A stretch of 64,000 nucleotides of DNA from Gammaproteobacteria bacterium (GCA_033852135.1 JAWSVB010000010.1:152716-216715), one strand, 5' to 3'; positions 56,201 to 63,396 are shown, counted from the first letter of the stretch. Program-made: numbers and translations. The notes: generated by a model from the letters alone, not told the origin.

Positions 56201-58482
56201 AAGAAACGACGGGTCTATTAAGTTTTAGCACAGTTGCCAGATCATTAGCCCTACTATTTTGGGTTTACAGCAAAGGCAATATAACTCGAGAACACTGGCA
56301 GCTACAATGCAGTGGTTTTGGAAAGATCGCAGATTTCTTTGGTGATAGTCCAGATATCGTTGCACTAAAGTCAGAGTTGTCTCAGGCAATTGAAAAGTTC
56401 TTACAGCATGAAAATATTAACTACAGTGAATCGGATCTAAAGATTGCAGGATCCTATCTTGTAGAAGAGCTAAAGCAAGATAACTTAGCTTTTGTGATAA
56501 GTGGTAAGGCAGATGACTTAGCCAATCGATTGCTAACTTATTTAGATCGTAAGAACCAATTGCAAAGCTTCGAAGCCAGCATAAAAGATCTGGATGGAGC
56601 TGTATCTAATCAGGTGCGCTTGGTTGTAGGTTGGCTCAATGGCTTCTTAGGAACCCTTGATGAGAATAAAGCGCAAACACTGGCAAAGTACACCCTAGAG
56701 GCGGCAGTGTTTCTGTTAATTCGCGATAAGGCAGAAAGGCGAATAAGTGATGCAGTTACCGTAGCTCAGATAGATGGGTTATTGGGGCAGCACAATATAA
56801 TTGAAGATCGCAAACTTACAGTTGACCTACCGGAGTTTATTCAACGCCTAGCGGCATATCATAATACCGTTGTTCCGGGATTCAGACAGCTACGCGAGCT
56901 AAAAACCAATATCACCAAAGCAGAGCGAAATTCACTGCGAGTAGATGAGTTTATCGCGCAAGAGCTAACCTCATTTGTGCGTAATAAACTTATTAACGAT
57001 GTTTACCTCCCCCTTGTCGGCACCAACCTTGCCAAACAGATGGGAACCGTAGGTGAAAATAAACGTACCGATCTTATGGGAACACTGCTACTTATATCGC
57101 CACCTGGATATGGTAAGACCACCCTGATGGAATATATTGCCAATCGAGTTGGGTTGGTGTTTATGAAGATAAACTGCCCAACCATTGGTCACTCAGTAAC
57201 CTCTATTGATCCTGAGGAGGCGACCAGTGCTGCGGCAAAACAGGAGTTAAATAAGCTCAATCTAGCCCTGGAGATGGGGAGCAACGTGATGCTCTATCTT
57301 GATGATATTCAGCATACCAATCCCGAGTTCTTGCAGAAGTTTATCTCCCTCTGTGATGCGCAAAGAAAGATAGACGGTGTATGGCGAGGCAATGCTAAAA
57401 CCTACGATCTGCGTGGTAAAAAGTTCTGTGTCATCATGGCTGGAAACCCATATACAGAATCGGGCGAAGCATTCAAAATACCAGATATGCTTTCTAATCG
57501 TGCTGATGTATATAATCTAGGTGACGTATTTAGCGGTAATGAAGATATCTTCAACCTAAGTTACATTGAAAATGCGATGACATCTAATAGTGTTCTCGCT
57601 CCGTTAGCATCACGCGAGATGGATGATTTTTATGCATTTATCAAGATGGCGCAGGGCGGCCAAATAGCCACAAACGCGCTGAAACATAATTACTCTGGTG
57701 CTGAAGTAAATGAGATTGTAGCGGTGTTAAAGCACCTGTTTACAATTCAGAGCGTGATATTAAAAGTAAATTCGCAATACATCGCATCTGCATCCCAGGA
57801 TGATGCTTATAGAACCGAGCCACCATTCAAACTGCAAGGCTCATATAGAAATATGTGCCGCATGGCAGAAAAAGTAGTGGCAATAATGAATCAGGAAGAG
57901 ATAGATCAACTGATTCTGGATCATTATATTGGTGAAGCACAAACCCTGACCACCGGAGCTGAAGAGAATCTACTCAAGCTGGCGGAGTTACGCGGCTTAA
58001 TGTCTCCAGAGCAAGAGCAGCGATGGGGTGAGATCAAAAAGACCTATAGCAAAAACCAAAGTATGGGTGGAGATGAAGACCCGGTAACTAAAGTTGCAGG
58101 TCAGTTAAACCTACTTTCAGGTCAAGTTGATGGAATCAAGTCTGCAATACTCACAGCGTCTGATGCTAATAACTCACCGCAGATCGAACTATTGGAAAAG
58201 TTTGATAACACCATGGAGCTATTGGCCAAAATGCAGCTACAGGTTCAAGTGACAAATCAACCAGTGCCAGGTCTGGAACCACTACTTGGAACTATGGCCT
58301 CAACTATCGAAGGGTCATTGCTGCCTGTTGTAAAAGCGATGGAGCATAAGTTAAGACTCGACCATGATATCTGGGATACCCTAAATGGTGTGGTGAAAGA
58401 GCTAAAAGGGATAGATAAAGAAAGATTCGGTAAGTTAGAGATGAATAAAGAGGTGCGTGGAGTCTTTGACCCGAATGAGTAA
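53212..58482 (+). CDS. giant (1756 aa) coiled-coil protein with C-terminal MoxR/AAA_5-like ATPase module; function unknown
   Basis: One uninterrupted ORF. Walker A LLLISPPGYGKTT is at nt 57101-57124 (aa ~1297). Walker B VMLYLDDIQH is at nt ~57286-57315. A sensor-like stretch CVIMAGNPYTESGEAFKIPDMLSNRADVYNLG resembles MoxR/RavA/dynein-type AAA_5. The N-terminal ~1250 aa have no motif I recognise, with predicted coiled coils around aa 480-560 and 700-820. Confidence 0.8.
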   Translation: MSSAVSNTDQQEQTLESGGVYNVIRKRLEEHGSSLNDRVSALNTQREDAFGSTNITVLGSSRVRTENNCIARDIVCVGDLFLFGYNVYIGLKTETKVSDVFSLYRQRNQEDELELDHVPLEGTFLDDSDFVTDFKELYQYYKDSKLVQLRRGIKGKLLAIFQTGSAITDQKVFRWQVSADGEVTYIDNRGENDNIVPESHDFEWTFTTRDDHVRGKHSHINILDEVFVETIGGDLTIKVEDNTDDGQGIYSELVDDPNQSLQDAQIAYAKLGTLILLKIRPYKEKDWRYLIYNSRAQKVKRIDQLGLSAIQLPEDHGVIFPGGYYLQNGEFKIYDTNVDDMYFLRSIISPNGEDVMYVFYHYEEGRFVLLSYNLIRKELEKPVVCNGYGLLENGHMAVFREQSQDPTRIHNLQLWQTPFVTEEFVDKNAQENDSVFTKIGNPDLVRAISDMFSVCRSIDNQEPTLASYEDLIGSITRIIDAYHWLSNSEIGNFVEELNQISATAEQVLDEFEKVVAIKKQATEAVTKAKTEQVKLIKEVKLGDWSTIEGYINALARLRTQRGNLITIKDLRYVDLESVKSLENDVIEAFDHVSRNTVDFLLKDDAFTPYIDSIEQQSEQINEIKTRVDLKPVIEKLEEIGEGLSLLTEVINQLEIEDTTSRTQILEGISSLFGNLNKTKAAADIRWKEIGKKEDVAEFGAQFLLLSQSVSSAISMSDTPEKADENLSRLLLQLEDLEGRFGEHEQFVADLTEKREEIYSAFESKKQSLVEQKQSRVQSLANAADRIIAGITRRAKTIKSIDELNGYFASDQMALKVRTIVEQLRELDDNVKADDIESKIKTALDRSIRSLRDKIDIFADGGDTIKLGTHSFSVNTQELDLTLLSRNDKLALHLTGTDYYQEIEDEALNAAQDYWSQTIVSENDDVYRGEYLASSIYFDAEHATNGTTLADLRKLITQEDALDQFVKDYAASRYDEGYERGVHDHDAARILEKLLSLKETTGLLSFSTVARSLALLFWVYSKGNITREHWQLQCSGFGKIADFFGDSPDIVALKSELSQAIEKFLQHENINYSESDLKIAGSYLVEELKQDNLAFVISGKADDLANRLLTYLDRKNQLQSFEASIKDLDGAVSNQVRLVVGWLNGFLGTLDENKAQTLAKYTLEAAVFLLIRDKAERRISDAVTVAQIDGLLGQHNIIEDRKLTVDLPEFIQRLAAYHNTVVPGFRQLRELKTNITKAERNSLRVDEFIAQELTSFVRNKLINDVYLPLVGTNLAKQMGTVGENKRTDLMGTLLLISPPGYGKTTLMEYIANRVGLVFMKINCPTIGHSVTSIDPEEATSAAAKQELNKLNLALEMGSNVMLYLDDIQHTNPEFLQKFISLCDAQRKIDGVWRGNAKTYDLRGKKFCVIMAGNPYTESGEAFKIPDMLSNRADVYNLGDVFSGNEDIFNLSYIENAMTSNSVLAPLASREMDDFYAFIKMAQGGQIATNALKHNYSGAEVNEIVAVLKHLFTIQSVILKVNSQYIASASQDDAYRTEPPFKLQGSYRNMCRMAEKVVAIMNQEEIDQLILDHYIGEAQTLTTGAEENLLKLAELRGLMSPEQEQRWGEIKKTYSKNQSMGGDEDPVTKVAGQLNLLSGQVDGIKSAILTASDANNSPQIELLEKFDNTMELLAKMQLQVQVTNQPVPGLEPLLGTMASTIEGSLLPVVKAMEHKLRLDHDIWDTLNGVVKELKGIDKERFGKLEMNKEVRGVFDPNE

Positions 58483-58537
58483 CTCTTGGTTTATTTCTAT
58501 TCGTTACTCCGCTCTGCTTAAAAATGTATAAACACAT

Positions 58538-58635
58538 CCTCGTTCCCACGCTCTGCGTAGGAATGCATACTGGATTTAATATAGGGGCAAGGCTCTGAAC
58601 TCTCGTTCCCACGCTCTGCGTGGGAATGCATATGG
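58538..58635. repeat. two direct REP copies (cctcgttcccacgctctgcgtRggaatgcata) upstream of the RAYT gene
   Basis: Copies are at 58538-58574 and 58600-58635. Each contains the palindrome cccacgc-tct-gcgtggg. Confidence 0.8.
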
Positions 58636-58644
58636 GATAAAAAT

Positions 58645-59175
58645 ATGGGACGAAATAGATATAATTTCACAGAGAAAAATTTACCTCACTTTATGACGTT
58701 TACAGTGCTTCATTGGATTCCTATATTTACACGCCAATCGACAGTGGATATTGTTTTTGACTCACTTAGATACCTTATGAATGAAGGTATGAGAGTTCAT
58801 GCTTATGTAGTGCTTGAAAACCACTTACATCTAATATCCCAAAGTGAACAATTAAGTCGGGATGTTTCCCGCTTTAAGTCTTATACAGCTAGAAGATTGA
58901 TTGAATATTTGGAAGAACACAATGTTAGTAGAATATTGGATCAACTCAAGTTTTATAAAAAAGCCCATAAACCTGATAGGGCTTATCAGTTTTGGGAGGA
59001 AGGTGTTCATCCTGAGTGGATACAAAATGAAGAAATGATGCGGCAGAAAATTAACTATATTCACGATAATCCGGTTAAACGCGGGTATGTTGATTTGCCA
59101 GAGAATTGGCGTTATTCAAGTGCTAGAGCTTATAAAGGTCAAGAGAGTTTGCTAGAGGTAGATAGGTTTTGGTAA
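58645..59175 (+). mobile_element. REP-associated tyrosine transposase (RAYT, IS200/IS605-like TnpA_REP)
   Basis: 176 aa. An HxH-type motif (ENHLHLI) and a catalytic Tyr region (RYSSARAY) typical of Y1 HUH transposases. It is flanked by inverted REPs. Confidence 0.8.
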
Positions 59176-59180
59176 GTAAG

Positions 59181-59213
59181 TATGCATTACCACGCAGAGC
59201 GTGGGAACGAGAG
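59181..59213. repeat. inverted REP copy (tatgcattaccacgcagagcgtgggaacgagag) downstream of RAYT
   Basis: Reverse complement of the upstream REP with one mismatch. It completes the REP-RAYT-REP (REPtron) unit. Confidence 0.8.
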
Positions 59214-59698
59214 TGATGTCTCCTGAGCAGGAGCAGCGATGGGGTGAGATCAAAAAGACCTATAGCAAAAACCAAAGTATGGGTGGAGATGAAGATCCGG
59301 TAACTAAAGTTGCAGGTCAGTTAAACCTACTTTCAGGTCAAGTTGATGGAATCAAGTCTGCAATACTCACAGCGTCTGATGCTAATAACTCACCGCAGAT
59401 CGAACTTTTGAAAAAGTTTGATAACACCATGGAGCTATTGGCCAAAATGCAGCTACAGGTCCAGGTGACAAATCAACCAGTGCCAGGTCTGGAACCATTA
59501 TTGGGAACCATGGCCTCAACTATCGAAGGGTCATTACTACCTGTTGTTAAAGCGATGGAGCATAAGTTAAGACTCGACCATGATATCTGGGATACCCTAA
59601 ATGGTGTGGTGAAAGAGCTAAAAGGGATAGATAAAGAAAGATTCGGTAAGTTAGAGATGAATAAAGAGGTGCGTGGAGTCTTTGACCCGAATGAGTAG
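59201..59698 (+). CDS. free-standing second copy of the giant protein's C-terminal 160-aa module (duplicate of 58000-58482); intact ORF
   Basis: The 483-nt stretch 59216-59698 is about 97% identical to 58000-58482. Identity begins exactly at an in-frame ATG and ends exactly at the stop codon. 14 of about 15 substitutions are synonymous (one E to K). The track ORF's extra N-terminal residues MGTRV are read out of the REP. Confidence 0.6.
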   Translation: MGTRVMSPEQEQRWGEIKKTYSKNQSMGGDEDPVTKVAGQLNLLSGQVDGIKSAILTASDANNSPQIELLKKFDNTMELLAKMQLQVQVTNQPVPGLEPLLGTMASTIEGSLLPVVKAMEHKLRLDHDIWDTLNGVVKELKGIDKERFGKLEMNKEVRGVFDPNE

Positions 59699-59829
59699 CA
59701 GAGTAAAAATAGTAATTAGTCTGTTTCTACTTTCAGTATCGATGTTGTCTGCTGCAAATGAAGTAGAGAATAAATTTATCCATGCAGGTCTTTACAAATT
59801 AATGCCTTGGTAAACAATGGTTAAGATTG

Positions 59830-60279
59830 CTAGTGTTGATCTTTGGGTGAATTAGAAATTATCCAGAACCTATCATCAAAATACTTTTCTAAGCATGGTT
59901 TTACATAATTCCAACTTAATCCACCACCCCCACATCCAGGGCGTGGAATAATAACTTTGCTCCAGCCATTTTTATTAACCATTGAAACCAATTCTTGGCA
60001 GGATTTCTCAATTATTTTTAGTTCAGGGTTCTCAAATGAACTGTTTTCTACCGGAAAGCTGATCAATCCATCAATTACTTCATAAACCTGTATTCCACTT
60101 TCCAGAATCAGGGTTCCCAGTTTTTGAGGGAGATCAGGAAAACGGTCTTTAGCTTGTCTAGCACAACCCCTTGGCATTGAGCATTTGCCTTTTTTGCTAA
60201 CAGCACCTGCTGTTGTTATAACAACAGGATGTTTACCAAAGTAATCCCAGATATTTCCCGTTATTTCATTCATTTGCAA
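59830..60279 (-). CDS. stand-alone macro-domain protein (DarG/TARG1-like ADP-ribose binding/hydrolysing fold), putative
   Basis: 149 aa. The N-terminal ITGNIWDY...[30 protein letters not shown] parallels the macro-domain segment GDLF...VNTVNxVGVMGKGIAxxFKxxFP. The C-terminal glycine-rich loop [14 protein letters not shown] parallels the macro-domain diphosphate-binding loop. Assigned from memory of family consensus, not from a search. Confidence 0.45.
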   Translation of the reverse strand: MQMNEITGNIWDYFGKHPVVITTAGAVSKKGKCSMPRGCARQAKDRFPDLPQKLGTLILESGIQVYEVIDGLISFPVENSSFENPELKIIEKSCQELVSMVNKNGWSKVIIPRPGCGGGGLSWNYVKPCLEKYFDDRFWIISNSPKDQH

Positions 60280-60312
60280 TTACCAAAAAAAGTTAAAGAA
60301 GATTTTAGTTTA

Positions 60313-60347
60313 GACCGAAGGTGCGATTGTTGATTGCGATGTTATGG
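60313..60347. repeat. partial copy of islet repeat (gaccgaaggtgcgattgttgattgcgatgttatgg)
   Basis: Matches the 3-prime conserved half of the repeats at 60776-60845 and 61339-61414. Confidence 0.6.
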
Positions 60348-60638
60348 AACACAACTTCTAACAATGAGCGAACATGATAGATGCTTTGTATTAGCAACTG
60401 GGTAACGCCACAATCAAATGAAAATCCAGTTTACAATAAAACTAGAACGAAGGCACGTTGGCCTTAAAAGATAAGGAAAACAAATCAGAGCTTAAGCTTG
60501 CAATCCCTTTTAACCCATCTGATAAAGTGCCTATCAACAACTGGTAATGCTATGAATTGCCCTACTCCAACCCAAGCTGAGCATTGGGATGAGAACTTAA
60601 AAGCACAATTGGTGAAGTTGCCTGAGACAGATATTTTG

Positions 60639-60662
60639 AATTGTTCAGGCGCCTGAACAATT
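60639..60662. promoter_or_regulatory. 24-bp perfect palindrome aattgttcaggcgcctgaacaatt
   Basis: Perfect dyad symmetry inside a 570-bp ORF-free stretch. Confidence 0.4.
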
Positions 60663-60775
60663 GAACTTGAGATTGCAAGATAAGCGATAGGAAAGTAAAG
60701 ATGCTAAGGCAGTAATTTGAACTTGAATCTACGATTTAACCAACTAAAAGAGCTTTAAGATAAATGATGCATAAT

Positions 60776-60845
60776 GCCCGCGATAACCGCTTGCGGTTTG
60801 AAGTCCAGTGCGTGAAATGCACGATGGTTGATTGCATTGTTAGGC
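60776..60845. repeat. islet repeat copy B (~70 nt, multi-hairpin) abutting stop codon of 60849-61316 gene
   Basis: gcccgcgataaccgcttgcggtttgaagtccagtgcgtgaaatgcacgatggttgattgcattgttaggc. It contains the hairpins ccgcttgcgg and cgtgaaatgcacg. Confidence 0.7.
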
Positions 60846-60848
60846 TTA

Positions 60849-61316
60849 TTAAGTAACATAATTTATTTGACCGTTATCGGATATAAAACCAAAACCCGTA
60901 ATTACTCCGCTACTACACCAACCGGGTAAAACATATTTACAGTCCCATTTTATTGGAAAGACATCCAAACGCTCAAGGCCTAAAGCATTATAAAAAGACC
61001 TCAAATACAATTCATCAGGCGCACTCATACCTTCCCAAAAATTAAACTTTTGTTCACCTACGAATATTAATGGTTGGCTATCAGGGAGTTCTTCCTCTGG
61101 GCAAACATATCCACAAAGGGTTTTACCATTAGCTAACTTAAACTCAGCAATAGCAACATACATCGACATAGTTTGAGAAAGTTCTTGTTCAGTCCCACTT
61201 TGAACAGACGCTTCATCTATTGCTCCGTCATCATCTTCAGAGAGGTATATCCACAGTGGATAATCCTTAAGATCACTTTCAGTTAGATCATATACTTGTT
61301 TAACCACCTTTTTCAT
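60849..61316 (-). CDS. hypothetical protein (155 aa), acidic N-terminus, no recognised family
   Basis: ORF only. It is tightly packed between islet repeats A and B. Confidence 0.45.
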   Translation of the reverse strand: MKKVVKQVYDLTESDLKDYPLWIYLSEDDDGAIDEASVQSGTEQELSQTMSMYVAIAEFKLANGKTLCGYVCPEEELPDSQPLIFVGEQKFNFWEGMSAPDELYLRSFYNALGLERLDVFPIKWDCKYVLPGWCSSGVITGFGFISDNGQINYVT

Positions 61317-61338
61317 CGGTATATCCTATAAGCATAAC

Positions 61339-61414
61339 GCCCGCAATAACCGGCGAAAACCACTTGCGGTTTTGAGTCCAGTGCCGAAGGCACGATGGTT
61401 GATGGCGATGTTAG
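61339..61414. repeat. islet repeat copy A (~76 nt) overlapping stop codon of DUF4262-like gene
   Basis: gcccgcaataaccggcgaaaaccacttgcggttttgagtccagtgccgaaggcacgatggttgatggcgatgttag. The hairpins are aaaaccacttgcggtttt and gtgccgaaggcac. Confidence 0.7.
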
Positions 61415-61857
61415 TTTTCATACAGTTGAGGTATAAACCATGTATAGTCTTCTGGTGCACCTGAATCCCAGGGCCATACACCAGATGTGCTTGGATATAT
61501 TAGCTGCAGTACTTTGAAAGAATCGCCTTTATAAAGCCATTTTGCCCAACCAAAATATTCTTGATAGTGCTTTTTTTCAACTTCTTTAAATGTTACTTCA
61601 AATTCATCAAGGAACCCAGAATAGTATTTGTTTGCTTCAAATACTACACCTGATTTTACTCTGTTGTTATATTCATTAATCAGCCAGTGAGCTATTTCAT
61701 GGTTGAGACCGGTGATTATTATTTCTGGTTGGTTTGTATTTTTTTCGATGCCAATAGAATAGGAAAACCTAGGGTATTGGTCTTCTTCCATTATATGAAT
61801 GATATGGCAGCCATATTCTTTTATATCACTTAATGCTCTTTCTTCGTTTTTATCCAT
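61411..61857 (-). CDS. DUF4262-like protein (family often found as immunity-type genes in toxin/defence islands)
   Basis: 148 aa. The segment EYGCHIIHIMEEDQYPRFSYSIGIEKNTNQPEIIITGL matches the conserved DUF4262 core as I recall it (GCHV..V......PFAYTVGL....PELIVFGL). Confidence 0.5.
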   Translation of the reverse strand: MDKNEERALSDIKEYGCHIIHIMEEDQYPRFSYSIGIEKNTNQPEIIITGLNHEIAHWLINEYNNRVKSGVVFEANKYYSGFLDEFEVTFKEVEKKHYQEYFGWAKWLYKGDSFKVLQLIYPSTSGVWPWDSGAPEDYTWFIPQLYEN

Positions 61858-61885
61858 GAGCTACCTTTTGAAAACTAACTTGTAT

Positions 61886-61920
61886 TAGACGTCGACGTTA
61901 TACGTCGAAAACGACGTCTA
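61886..61920. promoter_or_regulatory. nested palindromes with three GACGTC cores upstream of the DUF4262-like gene
   Basis: tagacgtcg...cgacgtcta form 9-bp outer arms. The inner palindrome is cgacgt-tat-acgtcg. Confidence 0.4.
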
Positions 61921-62149
61921 GACCCTAAAATAATTTATTATTGACGATTTTTTATCGACACTCACTGAATTTACCCCTTAAGTACGAGTATTACAATTTA
62001 TGTGTCATATTTCTAGTAACCTAATTATTTTGGTAGGTTATGGGGTAGCTATCTATTTTGATCTTTAATATCTCTTTACCACATATTAAATTAATTATTC
62101 AAAATTTTGCTTACCAGTAAAATCAATTTATAATTCTCCCTCTTAAAAA

Positions 62150-62944
62150 ATGAGCATAATTATGAAACTCGCAGCATGCGTTGAATATGATGGAACTGAT
62201 TTCCACGGTTGGCAAACCCAAAATTGTGGGTGCCGCACTGTGCAAAGCGAGGTTGAGGCTGCACTGTCTATAGTTGCAAATTCACCTGTTTCAATAACAT
62301 GTTCTGGCAGAACTGATGCTGGAGTTCATGGTTATGGTCAAATCATTCACTTTGAGACCGAAGCGGTAAGAAATGAACGCAGTTGGATATTAGGGGTAAA
62401 TTCAAATTTACCGCGCGATATTGGAGTTTCATGGGTTAAACCTGTTAAAGAAGATTTTAATGCACGTTTTACTGCGTTGTCGCGTCGTTACCGTTATGTG
62501 ATTTATCAGTCTATGGTAAGGCCAGCAATTTTACGCAGCAAAGTAGCATGGAGTCTTAGAAATTTAGATGCCGATGCAATGCATGAAGCTGCGCAAGTTT
62601 TAATTGGTGAGAAGGATTTTTCTAGTTTTCGCGCCGCTGGATGCCAAGCTTCCCACCCAAGACGTGAAGTACAATTTGTTAATGTAAGCTCTGCAGGTGA
62701 TTTTACTTATATCGATATTCAGGCCAACGCTTTTTTACACCACATGGTGCGTAATATTGCAGGTGTTCTGATGAAGGTTGGTGATGGGAGAAAGAGTATT
62801 GGTTGGGTTAAAGAGGTATTAGATGCTAAGTGTAGGACAGCTGCTGATATTACTGCTCCAGCTCAAGGGCTTTATTTTGTTTCGGTAAAATACCCGGAGG
62901 AATACTCTATCCCTGAGTCTCCACTGCGGACTATATATAGTTAA
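62150..62944 (+). CDS. truA: tRNA pseudouridine(38-40) synthase TruA
   Basis: 264 aa with the N-terminus KLAACVEYDGTDFHGWQ(TQ) and a catalytic Asp region (GRTDAGVHG). Confidence 0.93.
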   Translation: MSIIMKLAACVEYDGTDFHGWQTQNCGCRTVQSEVEAALSIVANSPVSITCSGRTDAGVHGYGQIIHFETEAVRNERSWILGVNSNLPRDIGVSWVKPVKEDFNARFTALSRRYRYVIYQSMVRPAILRSKVAWSLRNLDADAMHEAAQVLIGEKDFSSFRAAGCQASHPRREVQFVNVSSAGDFTYIDIQANAFLHHMVRNIAGVLMKVGDGRKSIGWVKEVLDAKCRTAADITAPAQGLYFVSVKYPEEYSIPESPLRTIYS

Positions 62945-63303
62945 ACTGTTCTTCTTTTAACACATTCAAACCAGTAATCAGCTAACTTATCATTGTGCGG
63001 TACACCGTGCCCGGTTTGATACATTCTTGCTAATAGCAGCTGAGCAGGGGAGAACCCTTCTATTGCTGACATTCGATAGTAGAACGCAGCCTTATCAATA
63101 TCTTCATCATAAACTGCATATTTCTCAATCCGCTTTGCTATCTCATAATTTGTTTTACCAGAACTAATCTCAACCTGATTGCTTCCTGATAGGTGCTCTT
63201 CGATAAATGCTGTTACTAATGTCATCTCTTTCTCCTTTGGGCACATATTGTGGAGTACATAACCATGCGTAGCATGGAGTATGCCAATGATCTGCGAAGG
63301 CAT
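62941..63303 (-). CDS. Sel1-like/TPR repeat protein
   Basis: 120 aa with the Sel1 consensus AQLLLARMYQTGHGVPHNDKLADYWF. Confidence 0.6.
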   Translation of the reverse strand: MPSQIIGILHATHGYVLHNMCPKEKEMTLVTAFIEEHLSGSNQVEISSGKTNYEIAKRIEKYAVYDEDIDKAAFYYRMSAIEGFSPAQLLLARMYQTGHGVPHNDKLADYWFECVKRRTV

Positions 63304-63396
63304 TGTTTATAAGGTTCTGCTAATATATAGCGGGAGATGAATTCAAAACTTTAATAGATATTTAAAATAAATAGTTGTTTTTTTGACGCAGGAGTT

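Noticed and set aside
58304-58612. 102-aa minus-strand ORF beginning MGTRVQSLAPILN overlapping the giant gene 3-prime end
   Set aside because: The start codon and first residues are supplied by the REP element (atgggaacgagag). The rest is antisense to a well-supported CDS, so it is spurious.
59700-61860. Integron cassette array / CALIN interpretation of the repeat-separated small genes
   Set aside because: No intI gene or attI lies next to the array, because truA follows directly. The repeat ends do not fit the attC core sites: candidate R-double-prime/R-prime positions read AACTAAC, GTTATTG and GTTATCG rather than RYYYAAC and GTTRRRY. Only copy B shows a fortuitous GCCTAAC. I kept it as a cassette-like islet and did not call an integron.
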